64,000 bases of DNA from contig CM082581.2 of assembly GCA_040954595.2 (NCBI GenBank), forward strand, positions 13,403,921-13,467,920, read 5' to 3'. This document shows positions 14,664-26,194 of this stretch, piece after piece. Position 1 is the first letter of the stretch; each line of letters begins with the position of its first letter. The notes below the pieces were generated by a model. That model ran no database searches. It was not told the DNA's origin and saw nothing but the letters and a program-made list of their open reading frames with translations. Made by a program: the position numbers and the translations under genes. The stretch is from Balanoglossus misakiensis. Lineage: Eukaryota; Animalia; Hemichordata.

Positions 14664-14947
14664 GGGCGGACGTTTACAAGTGAGATTGTGACGTCACCAG
14701 CGGGCTCTGTCGCTTGGGTTGTGTGAGCGCCAAGCCATGCATAAAGGTGCTGAGACTTCACGCTTCCACAGGTGGTGTATTTGAAACCTTTGCACACACA
14801 CACACTGAGATTCATCGCCAATCAACAAATCAGAGGAAACGCCAATCGATCACCGGACAGGCTCAACCGCTCCACGGCTTTACTTTACCACGGAAAACTC
14901 GACCACCCGCCAAGTATTCTTGTGAGTCACTCAGCGGACATAAAAAG
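14664..14947 (+). promoter_or_regulatory. Putative promoter of the corazonin-type gene
   Basis: GC box GGGCGG 14664-14669; palindromic CRE GTGACGTCAC 14688-14697; CCAAT 14818-14822 and 14842-14846; AP-1 TGAGTCA 14923-14929; TATA-like CATAAAAAG 14939-14947. All are in a sensible order upstream of the exon. Confidence 0.62.
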
Positions 14948-14969
14948 CGGCCACAAGACTATCATAACT

Positions 14970-15058
14970 GCATCCGTCCCATACGCATTCGAGTGGACAC
15001 ACAACGGAGCACAGTTACCCTAGCCACCTAGTGAACATCTAACAAGTACGAAGCAAAG
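14970..15058 (+). other. Putative non-coding first exon of the corazonin-type gene (TSS approximate)
   Basis: Perfect donor AAG|gtaagt after 15058. No ATG. Starts about 30 nt downstream of CATAAAAAG. The coding exon at 19078 begins at a splice acceptor, so an upstream exon is required. Confidence 0.65.
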
Positions 15059-18000
15059 GTAAGTTCTTTTTATTTTCTCTAATCATTTTACATTGTGAAC
15101 ATGATGAACACGTTACGGTGTCTTTAATTTCGCAAATGCATATCCAACAAACAACGTTTTGGACAGGATCTTGTTGTGTTTTATCCACCTGCAGTTTGGA
15201 ACTGTATTTTGACAAACAGAAGGCAACCTTTGATGCCAGCTTTTAACAACCCAATATCTCCTAATAACCCATGGAAACGATAGCTTTTGCATGTTGTGTG
15301 GGTCAATCAATTTCATCTAAACCATCTAATGATATAAACGGAATTGCTTTCAATGACTTTAATGCCCAGTATTTACGAGGCCGCCGAGTAACGCTATCCT
15401 CTGATGGAGTAATTTTCCGAGTTGTAGACTGTTTCTATAGGGTCAAAATTTATCTCTCTGAAAATATACACTGACATGACGATTTTCCGGTAAGCCAACA
15501 AAGAGGAAAAGAAATAAAATCTCTGCGGGAAAATACGCGGTTGCTGTAGATAAATAGCAGGGAGCTCATGCTGCCCCCCCAAAAGCAGTACACATGAGAA
15601 TTTATTTTGTTACTAAATCATTTTGAAATAGCTGAAAATTGAATGGAGCCTCCGATTGAAAGTACCCTTCTCACTTTGTCGGTAGAGGGTTTCCAGATGG
15701 TGCAAATCAAAACTTTGACAAACAAACATAAAAAATACAATACAACAAAACACGCGAGTCTGGAAAAAGAAACCATTACTTTGTAATTCTTCTGGTTATT
15801 TAGTCATTGTGTTCAGTTACGTTTGTATAGGGATAATTTAGTCTACGAACCAAACAAATTTTCAAGTCTTAACATGATTATGTGTGTTAAACTCAGCTTA
15901 CTTTATATTAACATACTGGTATGTTCTTTGTACTGTAATGTCGCTCTTCGAAAACAAATGTTAAGATAATCAAAGAGCAAACATTTATTCTGAGCACTTC
16001 CTCGAGGTCATTGAGTATTTAGACTCTTCTTTGCTGTCTAAATGATAGCACCGATAACATCGCTGTGATAACACTGTGCTTCAGATTAAGGGCAAGAAGC
16101 CACACACTCTTTGATTGACAACACAAGGTGATGCGTTAACCACATTTCCGAGATTTCTTCACAAAAACCTATCTGTCCAATTTCCGAGAAGTTAGCTCGT
16201 GGCGGGTTCAGTGAGCTTGACATGGCGTAATACCGTGTCTAAATGGGGTATTTTAATGTTATTTGCTGAGTAGAGGACGCTCAAATGAATTAGATGTTAA
16301 TCGAATCAAAACCGGAGGGTGCCTCCTTTACGAACGCTAACTGACAGAAGAGCTTTTAGATTTAATTCTGAGACAAATAAGAAAGTGGGTTTCAGTGCAT
16401 GGGAAAGCATTCACTGTCTGATGGCCATTAGGTAGACGTGGCAATGAAGGTGTTTTCCGCGGGTCTCGACCACACATTTCCACGTTTCGCAGTTAGCTGG
16501 GCGGCTCAAGTAAAAAGGTTCGTGCTCACGCATGGATTGCGCCGACTTTAAAACATCGATAACGCCTGACACCAGTGTGCCCTCTTTAATAGGTCTATAG
16601 GCATATTCTCTCCCCGTGGCGTTTTGCATGCTCTATCGCAAGATTTTCCCCGCGGTATCATATCATGGGAAGTTGCCATTTCAGAATCAAACCACTTAGG
16701 AGAACGCACAACATAATGCATCATATGGTTATGTTCATCACCCCGTACACATACACAGCACATCTCCAGAACTACTAAATACCACACCATACATCAAATA
16801 TCGTACATTAAATTATAAAATACGCTGTACATCAAAACCCAGAAATCGATAGACACTGTATACACTAATTAGATTTGTACATTTTTCTGGCTCAAGTTTT
16901 CAAAAAGTTTAACAATGCTCATTGTAAATTTTGTGAGTAGACAAGCTACAGAAAGAAATGGGACAGGCGAACAGGCAAGCAGGCAGGCAAGCAAGCAACG
17001 ATACAGATGGAAAGAGCTGCTGATCGAAGATACTTGAAGTCAAATTGTTTCTTCACATGAACATTGCCGATCTCTAGTGCATTTTAAAGCCGCTGAGAGT
17101 GATAGTTTTTATCTGCCAATTTTCTGTTTGGAATGATTTAATGGGCACTTAGCTAAAAAATTCCCAAGGAATGGAATATGAAGGACCTTTAGGCTATTTA
17201 AAAGGATGCCAATACCATTGTTACACTGTCTCGCCGTATGATTTGAAGAAACGAGCTATGCAGGGAGGAAAAAGTAGGCCTATATGTCTGACACACTTGC
17301 TTCCATGTGGCCACCAATTAAAAATATGCTATAGGCTAGATCTCGATCACAGGTGACTGCTCGTACGAACTTTCCTCCAGTAGAATGCCTTCATTCCTCG
17401 ACTCATCAAAAATTAGTAGCCGCTGATATCTCATAAAGGATGTATTAGCTTACTTAGAGAAAAGCCGCGTAGTTATGAGAACATTACAGCATGTTGTGTT
17501 AAACACGACCCTTTCCTTACTGACTTTCTACTAAATGTTCCATATGCTTGTATAGCCGCAACATTTTAGAAAATGCTTCATCAGGTTTTCAACTGAAAGT
17601 ACCGGTACATCGTAAACTTTACCGACTGAGTTACTTATTTCAGCATTAGGCTTTTCTCAAAGGAACAAAAATCGATAAATGTCTTTCAAAATGGTTATGA
17701 AAATACGTTCTGTCTCTTTTAATGTCTTGCCTATTTAAACGTTAACTTTTATATCGTATGATACAATAATCATTGTAAATGCAAATGTTTTATTGTAATG
17801 AACAGTACATTAAACATAAAATTACCCTATTGTTGTACGTTAATATCTCGACTCGGATACAATATTTACAACTCTGGCCACATGGTTTGCATTTCAATGG
17901 CTTTGCTTGTTTCAGAGTGCGTGTGCGATGGACTCAGATTTATTTGCAAAGTATTAACTTCATGTAATTGTTCCTTTTTGTTGATTGAACGTGAAATTTA

Positions 18001-19084
18001 CGATTCTGAAACAGCGGGAGACATCGACCTTGGAGCCACCACTAATACTGGGAAAATCTCGGCAGCACTCGTAAAACATATTTGTAATTGAAGATTCCTG
18101 AGTAAAAACTACTACTTGTTTGGCTTCGATGCAACATATACAAAACAACAAGTCATTAAATGGCATAATTGATGAAGGCGTCTGCTTATATTGCTGAAGG
18201 AAAGGTTCTTTAAAGTCAGAAAGTGCTTATCGAAATGATTAATCGAGCCCAAGACGCACTCCGTGCTAATATTTAAAGAAGGAAGCAGATAGCAACGTTA
18301 AATGTGATCGTTGAGTTGCCCAGTAATACCTTTTTGGTTAAATTCCTGTAAATGTGAAAAGGACCTTTCGCTTAATAAATAGGTAGAACGAAAGCCTTAC
18401 TTGTCAGATTAATGCGTGACCAGACATGAAAGTGTGTATCTAATTTGATGTCCATTGCAAGCAATAAAGTTACATACGACAGATATTTTCTCTCTTGTAT
18501 CCGATCCCTTGGTTCCCGCCCTTCTTTACAATCAGGACTCCTAATTAAAGTTCACCATGATCTATATCAAGAAGACAGCAATTAGATTTCTCAAAACGTA
18601 TCTTATGTGCAAATTATTCGTCTAACGGGGGAAAATCCGCAAAGATGGACTGCCTATTAGCAAAATTTGCCAACATTTAGTGTCCATTATCACGACTTTG
18701 CAGAAGTGGGTTCTCATCAAAGGCAGAATTATACGACTCCGTTTGGGACGCTCGCATACAGATGTTGTATTAATGGCCAGAGCTTTGACAAAACAGTCCC
18801 AGTGGTCGAGAAGTCCATATGGATATTATTTCGGTGCCAGTTACACAAAGACTCAGCTCTCATTAAGAAATCCCGCCGGTGTAAGAAATCACACCATATT
18901 CATTGAAGTGGCATCTATTTTCCTTGTTTTGCTGAAATAATGGAGTAAAGGTTTTAAGATCTGTCCTTATTTTGCTACAAAGGTAAAAACAATATAAAGT
19001 GAAACCGAAAGCTCGTAAAAGAGATCTCAGGCTTCCATTTATTCATTATTTTTCTCTGATTTGACTCTCTATTCTAGAACAACC

Positions 19085-19234
19085 ATGAAGAACTCCACGA
19101 CATGCATAACTTGTTTACTGCTGGGGTCATTGCTCCTCGCACAGCTGCTGGCTTCAACACAGGCACAGCCGCACTTTTCCCTAAAAGACAGATTCCGATG
19201 GAAGGCAGGCAAGCGTGCCAGCACAGGCCTCAGG
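19085..19234 (+). CDS. CRZ: Corazonin-type precursor coding exon 1 (signal peptide, mature peptide 19166-19207, GKR 19208-19216); exon starts at 19078
   Basis: Acceptor ttgactctctattctag|aacaaccATG (exon from 19078) with good Kozak context accATG. Donor AGG|gtaagt after 19234. 150 nt = 50 codons. Confidence 0.93.
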
Positions 19235-20992
19235 GTAAGTGCATTATGACTCCTCGCAGGAATTATGTACCACTCGTTGAAGCATCATGGATTGTTGAAA
19301 TGACATGTATCCATGCATGCATGTACTGGTATGGGTCAGGAAGTTCTTGTGTTTGTTCAGAGGCTGAACATCATCAGCACCATTTAATTAGTTCACACAG
19401 CAAAATATCTCCCGCATTATAATTTAATATTCTGTCTACCCTTGTTTGTGCAAATTTATATATATTTGGAAAACCACCCATATGGACCTTAAAGGTTATC
19501 TTAAGCAACTGCAGTTTCAAAATTGTTGAATATGAAATTATGCATTTCAATACTTATCAAATCATTTGTAACTTGAATCACAGTCACGTTGGCATGGCAG
19601 TGGAAATTTCTTCTCCTTTTAACTGGGGAAAACATTTGCTGCATCATTCGCAGAGAATATACACCACCTGGATCCCTCATTTGAATTTAACACGGTTGCT
19701 TATCAGAGACTTTACAAAGTATCCTCTCATGTCATGCCATCAACAGGGAGTAGTTAGCACCAATGTGTGAAAAATGATTCATCTTTACCGAAAGCTTGGG
19801 GTGTGGTTCCCTCGAAGATAACCGACAGTTTGAAATAGAATAGCATAGCCTTGTTCATGTCACAAAAACGTAAACGTTGCACGTTTTCATTCTGAATAAA
19901 AAAAAACAAGAGTCTATGAAAAAGAGCACTTCATTTTAAAAAGATTAAGAACATAAACCCTTAGTGTCCGATACGATCTGAGTCAAATGGATCCTCGATT
20001 TTTGCCAGTCATCGGTGTTAATGCATGCTTTCCCAAGGGCAGAATTCAGTGCAACTTAACGAAACATTGTCGTTTCTTCTCAAATGGGATAAGACTTTAT
20101 CTAATTTTATCTCCCTGCCATATCTTGTCCCACTCCCTCCTGGGTCATTACTGTAATGAAAAAATGGTCGTTGACGAAGGTCTATTCATGTTGCCTCTCA
20201 GTATCAAATTATTTCAGTAATTGCATTGAAGGCACCATATTTTTGATGCCTTGAAATCATAGCATGCTTCCCATCAGGTTAATATCATAACTTACAGGGG
20301 ACACAGTGAACTCCTGATGCGTGTAAATTCATGGGTGTATTTATCTAAGCTTGGCGTGATTTTTATAAAACTACACGTAGCCCTGTCGGAGTGACAGAAC
20401 TCATTACTTGACTTTTGAACTAGTGATTGGTAAAAGAGTTTGTTCAGCTAGATCACAGGAGAGATTATCGGGATAGTTAAAGACTGTGATGAGGCGGATA
20501 TGTTCTTGAAGGTCATTCGCAATCGCTTGATAGCGTGAAGTGTGATCTGTCATTCCAACTGAACGCGGAAATTTCAACGCATTAAAGTTGAGGGGGAGTG
20601 GGAGGAACCCTTAATTCTTGTCAGCAAGAGAGTGTCTTGTGATTAAGCTCACAGGTCGGTCAATAGCAGTCAGGGCGTAGGTGGCGTCTGAACATTGACG
20701 TCACATTGTGGTTGTCGCAAACTTTGACACTGCCTGCCGACACTGCCCGAGTGCCTACCTGCCTGACTGACTAACTGACGATTTCAACAGCAATGAAACC
20801 AAACAAATCGACTAAAGAATATATTTAACTTTGACGTGTTTTCATCATTTATTTTCCCGGCAGTTGCCTTCCACCCTGAGTGCGCTATTGAAGGAATTAG
20901 ATTCGGATCTCAGGACGCGACAGATGCTGAAGAACCTTCCTGTTGAAGAAAATGTCTTGACATCCGGAGAAGACAACCTTGAAGAATACTGA
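19085..20992 (+). CDS. CRZ: Corazonin-type (GnRH/AKH/CRZ superfamily) neuropeptide precursor, spliced CDS join(19085..19234,20864..20992), 92 aa
   Basis: Spliced translation: MKNSTTCITCLLLGSLLLAQLLASTQA|QPHFSLKDRFRWKA|GKR|ASTGLR^LPSTLSALLKELDSDLRTRQMLKNLPVEENVLTSGEDNLEEY*. A hydrophobic 27-aa signal peptide ending T-Q-A is followed directly by a Gln-initiated peptide with Trp near the C-terminus, a Gly amide donor and KR. It closely resembles the Saccoglossus corazonin/GnRH-like peptide as I recall it (pQPHFSLKDRYRWKP-amide). Canonical phase-0 GT-AG intron. Precursor status is firm; CRZ versus GnRH orthology is less certain. Confidence 0.9.
20864..20992 (+). CDS. CRZ: Corazonin-type precursor coding exon 2 (acidic precursor-associated peptide, 42 aa + stop)
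   Basis: Acceptor ttttcatcatttattttcccggcag|TTG. The phase-0 frame is open for 42 codons (LPSTLSALLKELDSDLRTRQMLKNLPVEENVLTSGEDNLEEY), with TGA at 20990-20992. Helical, acidic composition typical of GnRH/CRZ-associated peptides. Confidence 0.82.
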   Translation: MPSTLSALLKELDSDLRTRQMLKNLPVEENVLTSGEDNLEEY

Positions 20993-23900
20993 TACAAATA
21001 GATACAAGATATACCAGCCCCATAGTTGTGACAACGTCACTGGGTCGAGAGAAATGATTCTGTTATTCATTCATTCATTTGTTTCGTTTATACCACTCTG
21101 TAGTAGAACTCTCCGAATTCAGTCGTTTTGAATTAAAGAAATCTCTCTCCCTTCTGGTGGCGTGTCTTCTAGTAGTTAATTAGACAGACACCTTTCACAT
21201 CGAGGCATATTGCCCACACTGATGTTACATGTAAAATTGCTTGTTTTCATGAAATGCATTATTGTTTTGTAACCTAACGTCCTTCAGTTCATTTTCTTGT
21301 ACTCAGTTTAACCCTGATTCGATTAACTCCTGGTCCACTCGGGAAAGACCGTACATGACATCGCACCCATGTCCAAGCAACGGCCATGATTAGAATATCG
21401 CAGCGGAAGTGTATCCCCAATATTCACGTTTTAAAATTCGGTGTGAAAAACTTGACAGCGTGGTAGGTAACAGATGAGAAGGTATACATTATTGGCGTGA
21501 TCACGCGTCACAGTAGACTCACAGGGAATCTGAGAAGTCGAAACGACACAGACAAGGTGATCTTTTAACACTACCACTTGTCTTTCTGTCCGGGTATGAC
21601 ATTTGTTGTCGCTTATATTTTCATTTCAAATGATGATGGTGCGATTGGTGTTTGAAAGTGCCGTGCATTCATAGTGCTGTCATTGAACGCTGTGAAGGTA
21701 ATCGTATCCAACTGCAGCAATGTATAGGCACACTTCACTTCAACATACATGTAGTCGAGCAAATCAGATATTCTAGGACTGAACTCTGTTTTTCCTTTTG
21801 AAGAGTCACATGACTTCAGATAAACATGCCAAGTCTACAAATTAGTCATATCGCGCATCTATCACATACTATTAGAGTAGCATGCGATACAGGTTATCCA
21901 GCCTGTTGTTGTCGGGGTTATCAATGATCTTATATTTGTATAATTTCTGATCAAGGATTTGTTTACAAGCAGTTGCTTTCATTTCGATGGCAGAATTTGA
22001 AAATGAATTGTACGACAGTATATTTATATGTTCAATAAAAGTGAAAGTTGCAATTACTTTTGGTAAATGTTATTTCGAGTTGAGGCTCTCTGCTGTGTGC
22101 ATTAAATTTGCCATCAGCCGTGTAACTTGTCAAATACACCACCTGTATATTCCAAAAGTGAGAAGGAAGCGTTTGGTGAAGTTGTTGTGTTGAATGTTCT
22201 TCAAAATAACCCCTGGAATAAAATATTCTGCTTGCTATCATTTCCAAATATGGACACGATCATTTTAAAGCAATGCGGTCGTCTATAGTACGCATGTCAC
22301 TTCACAAATGTGCAACTTTTTCTATCGCTGCCAGTTATTACGCCGGCACTAATATTCCTCTATTTGATTAACAAGTAAAATAGATTGTATTTATTGAGTT
22401 CAGAGCCATTATAGTTATCAACCTATAGCAAGCGCCGTGGGTATTCAATTGGAATATATGCAGAAGTGGGTAAATGCTTGATCGGTGCATTTTCTCGCAG
22501 AGTGGAAATGCCACTTCTCAATGGGATTTGTCAGTCATTACATTACGCCTGTTGACGTTGCCCAACAAATGGCTTGTGCTGTACTTATTTACCTTCAGGC
22601 TGGGCTTCTAAAAGTGCACAGCACGCCTCTGCTACCAAGTTCACTTTCTCCTTGACGGACAGGAGCGTCACGTTGGCGCGAGGCTAGCGAGCGTAATGTC
22701 GAGACACTGATATTCCTTTCAGTGATATTTGAAGGCACCTAGTATGGTTCTCACTTTGCTTTTAGTGTGTTGTCCTCATTATACAAGGGAAACGAAAAGT
22801 GTACTTGGTGAAAAGATCAAATAATCTGAGACTCCTAAGAGGTGAAGAACGCGAAATTTCACTTCTGAGTATACTTAGGATTTGGTTCTCCGTAATTTAA
22901 AGGTTTCACACGGTTTACAGTTGGGCATAGTGTCAAACATCAATTTGTTCACGACTGTATCCCACCATTAGTTGGGAGACATGACAATGGTACCAAGACT
23001 TGTTTCCTATGATAAATGTCAGAATGAGACAAACCAAACGTGTAGCGCCCCTTACGTTGAAGATTCTATGGCATCATGGCTGTGTCTGTGTGTCTGCATG
23101 AATTGATATTAGTGACTATTTAATTCCGTTATCATTGCCCACGGTTCTGATACAAGACAGCGCTACTATGTTGTTTATCAAGGAGAGGAAAGATGACGGG
23201 CGTTGAAAATTGAATTCCCGAATGAGGAATTGGTGTAATGTCATTCCCACTGTACCGCGGAGTTTTTGCGTTTGTGTAATACAGCCTATGCGAAGTTTAA
23301 ATGATTGAAAACATTCTTCTTGACTGAATCTAACGCATGGCAACGTTAACAACAACAACAATAACAATTAATTAATCGCGTGTGTAAACAATGTAGTCTA
23401 ATGAGTAACGTCCTGCAGACAAATCTGACATTACATGTACTTATCTTGTAATGTCAGCCAGAAAGCTTGCAGTACATTTGTAGAACATGCGAGACCCGAT
23501 TTTCTGACAGTGTTATAACGATAACTATCTCAATATCAGTAAAAGATTACTTCATTTGAAAGTAGCTGCTTCTTATCATGGACACTTAATTGGGTAGGAG
23601 GATTCAAAGAATATATGAGACAATTGAGAGCTGTTTGATGTTAGAAAATGCAAATAGTATTTGCTTTTATTGATCTCACGCAAAGATCTGTTTGAAGAAA
23701 GACATTCACCATTATCTTGTGCATTAACTGTGCATTTGTACATTTAATGAAAGTTTGAGACGATATGTACGCAGAACTATTGCACTAACTTAATGAACTT
23801 GCCTCTATTAACGATTATTATGATCTCACAGACACGTGACTGAATTGAGAAACATACAGCCATGTCCTGTCATGTACCATCTGACTTGCAACTTTAATGA

Positions 23901-25705
23901 GCATTAATAATTGTGTATGAATTTCCAGGTATGAGTCGCTAAAGGTGATAAATTATGCTATTGATATTGACATACAGACAAACATACATGTGCATTCATT
24001 CATACATACTTACTTGGGGGCGCCATACTGTACAATCGTCTTTCCTTTCCTTACCTGCTTATAAGATCTTCCTCACAAGTCAGGATGAAAAATGGCCAGG
24101 CAAGGCCGCAATCAGATCAGACAGTACATTTCTGCTGGATCCCACGTACTTTCCTTGAATTCGATTATTTAAACGTGATATAATATACAATATACACAAC
24201 CGTAGTGGGCGTGAAATGGAAATAAAGACAAGAAACCAGCTTGCTTTTGAAACATAAATAGCATTGTTTATTCATTCGTGAAAATATGCTATCAGGCGCT
24301 TTCTACTGTCTTTTCATGATACAGTGATTTTTATCCGTTTTATATGACAATTTGGGTAATACATTTATGATTTATTGAATCTCGTGCCGTCCAAATACCT
24401 TGTATAATTAGTGTCAAGGAGTAGGAACTATATGATAGTGTGTGGTAGCAGTATTTGTTTTTCACAGACTCGTAACCTCCTTTCAATAAAACTGGAAAAA
24501 ATTGACACAGTTACTTCATGGTTTCTAGAATCTAATGTTAATGCGTTATTGCAATCATTTAAAAGTCTTTGGTAAGGGCGTCAAAAGAAATCCAAGATTG
24601 CAAGCCCCGCACAAAATTGAACCTGGCAGTGTGTACATATGGCTACGTATAAACTTTGGCTTAAGATTCAGATGTAATTTTTTGTGGGGTATCCGGAATT
24701 GATATGTTACAGAGTGATCTTTCATTTTTCTGTGAGTCTCAGTCTATCTTTTTGCTTAAACATGGGCTCTTTGCGCAACATCGGTAAATAATAACGTGTC
24801 GAAAAATGTCCCCATTCATTTTTAACAATTCATTTGGTTTAGTAGATTTTTAGATCTGAGACAGCCATCGTAAACTTAATTTCACCGTAAATCTAAAATT
24901 AGCAAGTCAAAAAGTCACCACAGGCAAATCATGCTTGGAACGTAAAATGCCAGTAATTGATCATAAAGCTGCGCAAAGGGCCACCGCTTTTCTTTTATCC
25001 AAATAAACTATTTTTCCATGCAAAGTCAACTGATAGATTTTGCATCCTGAATATGTTCTTAACCGTTTTTAGTAAGCCCTTCGGAAAGTCAAACCTACAA
25101 CATTAACATGTAATCCGATTTATAATAAAAATTAAAAACAAACCCACAAATGCTGCTTTTTGGCGAGGGGTTTGTCGGCGAGAGGGGTAACTACAGCAAA
25201 TAAATGACCTTGAGAGTTTCGGCAGCGGTACTCCGTTGACAGTTGTAGTCAACGAAAAACTTTAATTGACAGGAACACGAAGTGGACAAACTCGAAAATC
25301 TACCACTAACACTACGATTTACTATCTATATGTAGAATTTCTCCAATGGTACTGATGACAGTAGCCCGCTGCCAGACCCATTTTACGTACTTAGCCATAC
25401 ACAGGTGGGCCTGAAAGACGTCCCGGTAGTTTTTCAATGAGCACAGGTCAACACACTTGTAGAACAAACGGGCAAAGCTACAAATAAGCTATGGAAACTT
25501 GATAAAATTTTGAATTATGCCTTGAATTTACAAACGACCCCGTTTCAGACGTGAATAATGATCGATATTGAAGATGACGTAAATAGTTTGCAATCTCAGA
25601 TGCGTTCTACTCGTACGTGGCAAAATATTGCACACACTCATTGAAGACTTATTTTTTAGAATATAAGTTTTCAGATTTGCTATATTGATGTACACTATTT
25701 ATGTT

Positions 25706-25711
25706 TTTATT
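25706..25711 (-). terminator. Candidate polyadenylation signal of the NG-peptide gene
   Basis: AATAAA on the minus strand about 235 nt after the stop codon. Alternatives exist at 24267-24272 and 23666-23671. Confidence 0.3.
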
Positions 25712-25945
25712 TGCATCAAATTCCCTGTGATTTTCTTGAAGAAACGTGCTCGTTTCTTTTACTTCTAAGATTTGAACGTGATGGGTTTGATGAATCAAAA
25801 CAGACAAACAGCCGCGGAATAGCGCCACCAAGTGCTCAAAACCGATGAAAATCACACGGAACTTGATGCTAGATTTTTTATGATGACTTTGCTTAAATTT
25901 TATACAGTCATTGAAAACTTCCAGTTCATGGTGGTGTTTGTGTTA

Positions 25946-26194
25946 TCAGTACCATACAATATCACAGTCTGGGTCAACGGAACATGAGTTCTCGGTCGAA
26001 TCGCAGCAAATTCCATCGGCAACACATTTCCCGCCATTTCCGCATTCTATGTCGCTTCCACCACAGAGGGCCGTCGGTGGATTTGTCATGCAGACATCGG
26101 CTTCTTTGGTGAGCATGAAGCAGCCACTTTTCAACTCGCAGCAGACACCGTACATGACGCACTGACCTTTTCCCTCTGGTCCACACGGAGTACA
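25946..26194 (-). CDS. NG-peptide precursor coding exon 3 (neurophysin domain)
   Basis: Acceptor tattgattgctttcag|TGT. Translation CTPCGPEGKGQCVMYGVCCELKSGCFMLTKEADVCMTNPPTALCGGSDIECGNGGKCVADGICCDSTENSCSVDPDCDIVWY*, with 14 Cys in neurophysin spacing (CxxCGP..G.C....CC...GC...C...C...C...C....CC...C...C). Confidence 0.96.
   Translation of the reverse strand, partial: CTPCGPEGKGQCVMYGVCCELKSGCFMLTKEADVCMTNPPTALCGGSDIECGNGGKCVADGICCDSTENSCSVDPDCDIVWY

Noticed and set aside
25946-26155. Neurophysin ORF read as a stand-alone oxytocin/vasopressin gene
   Set aside because: It is an exon starting at acceptor 26194 and has no nonapeptide exon. The upstream exon encodes NG peptides.
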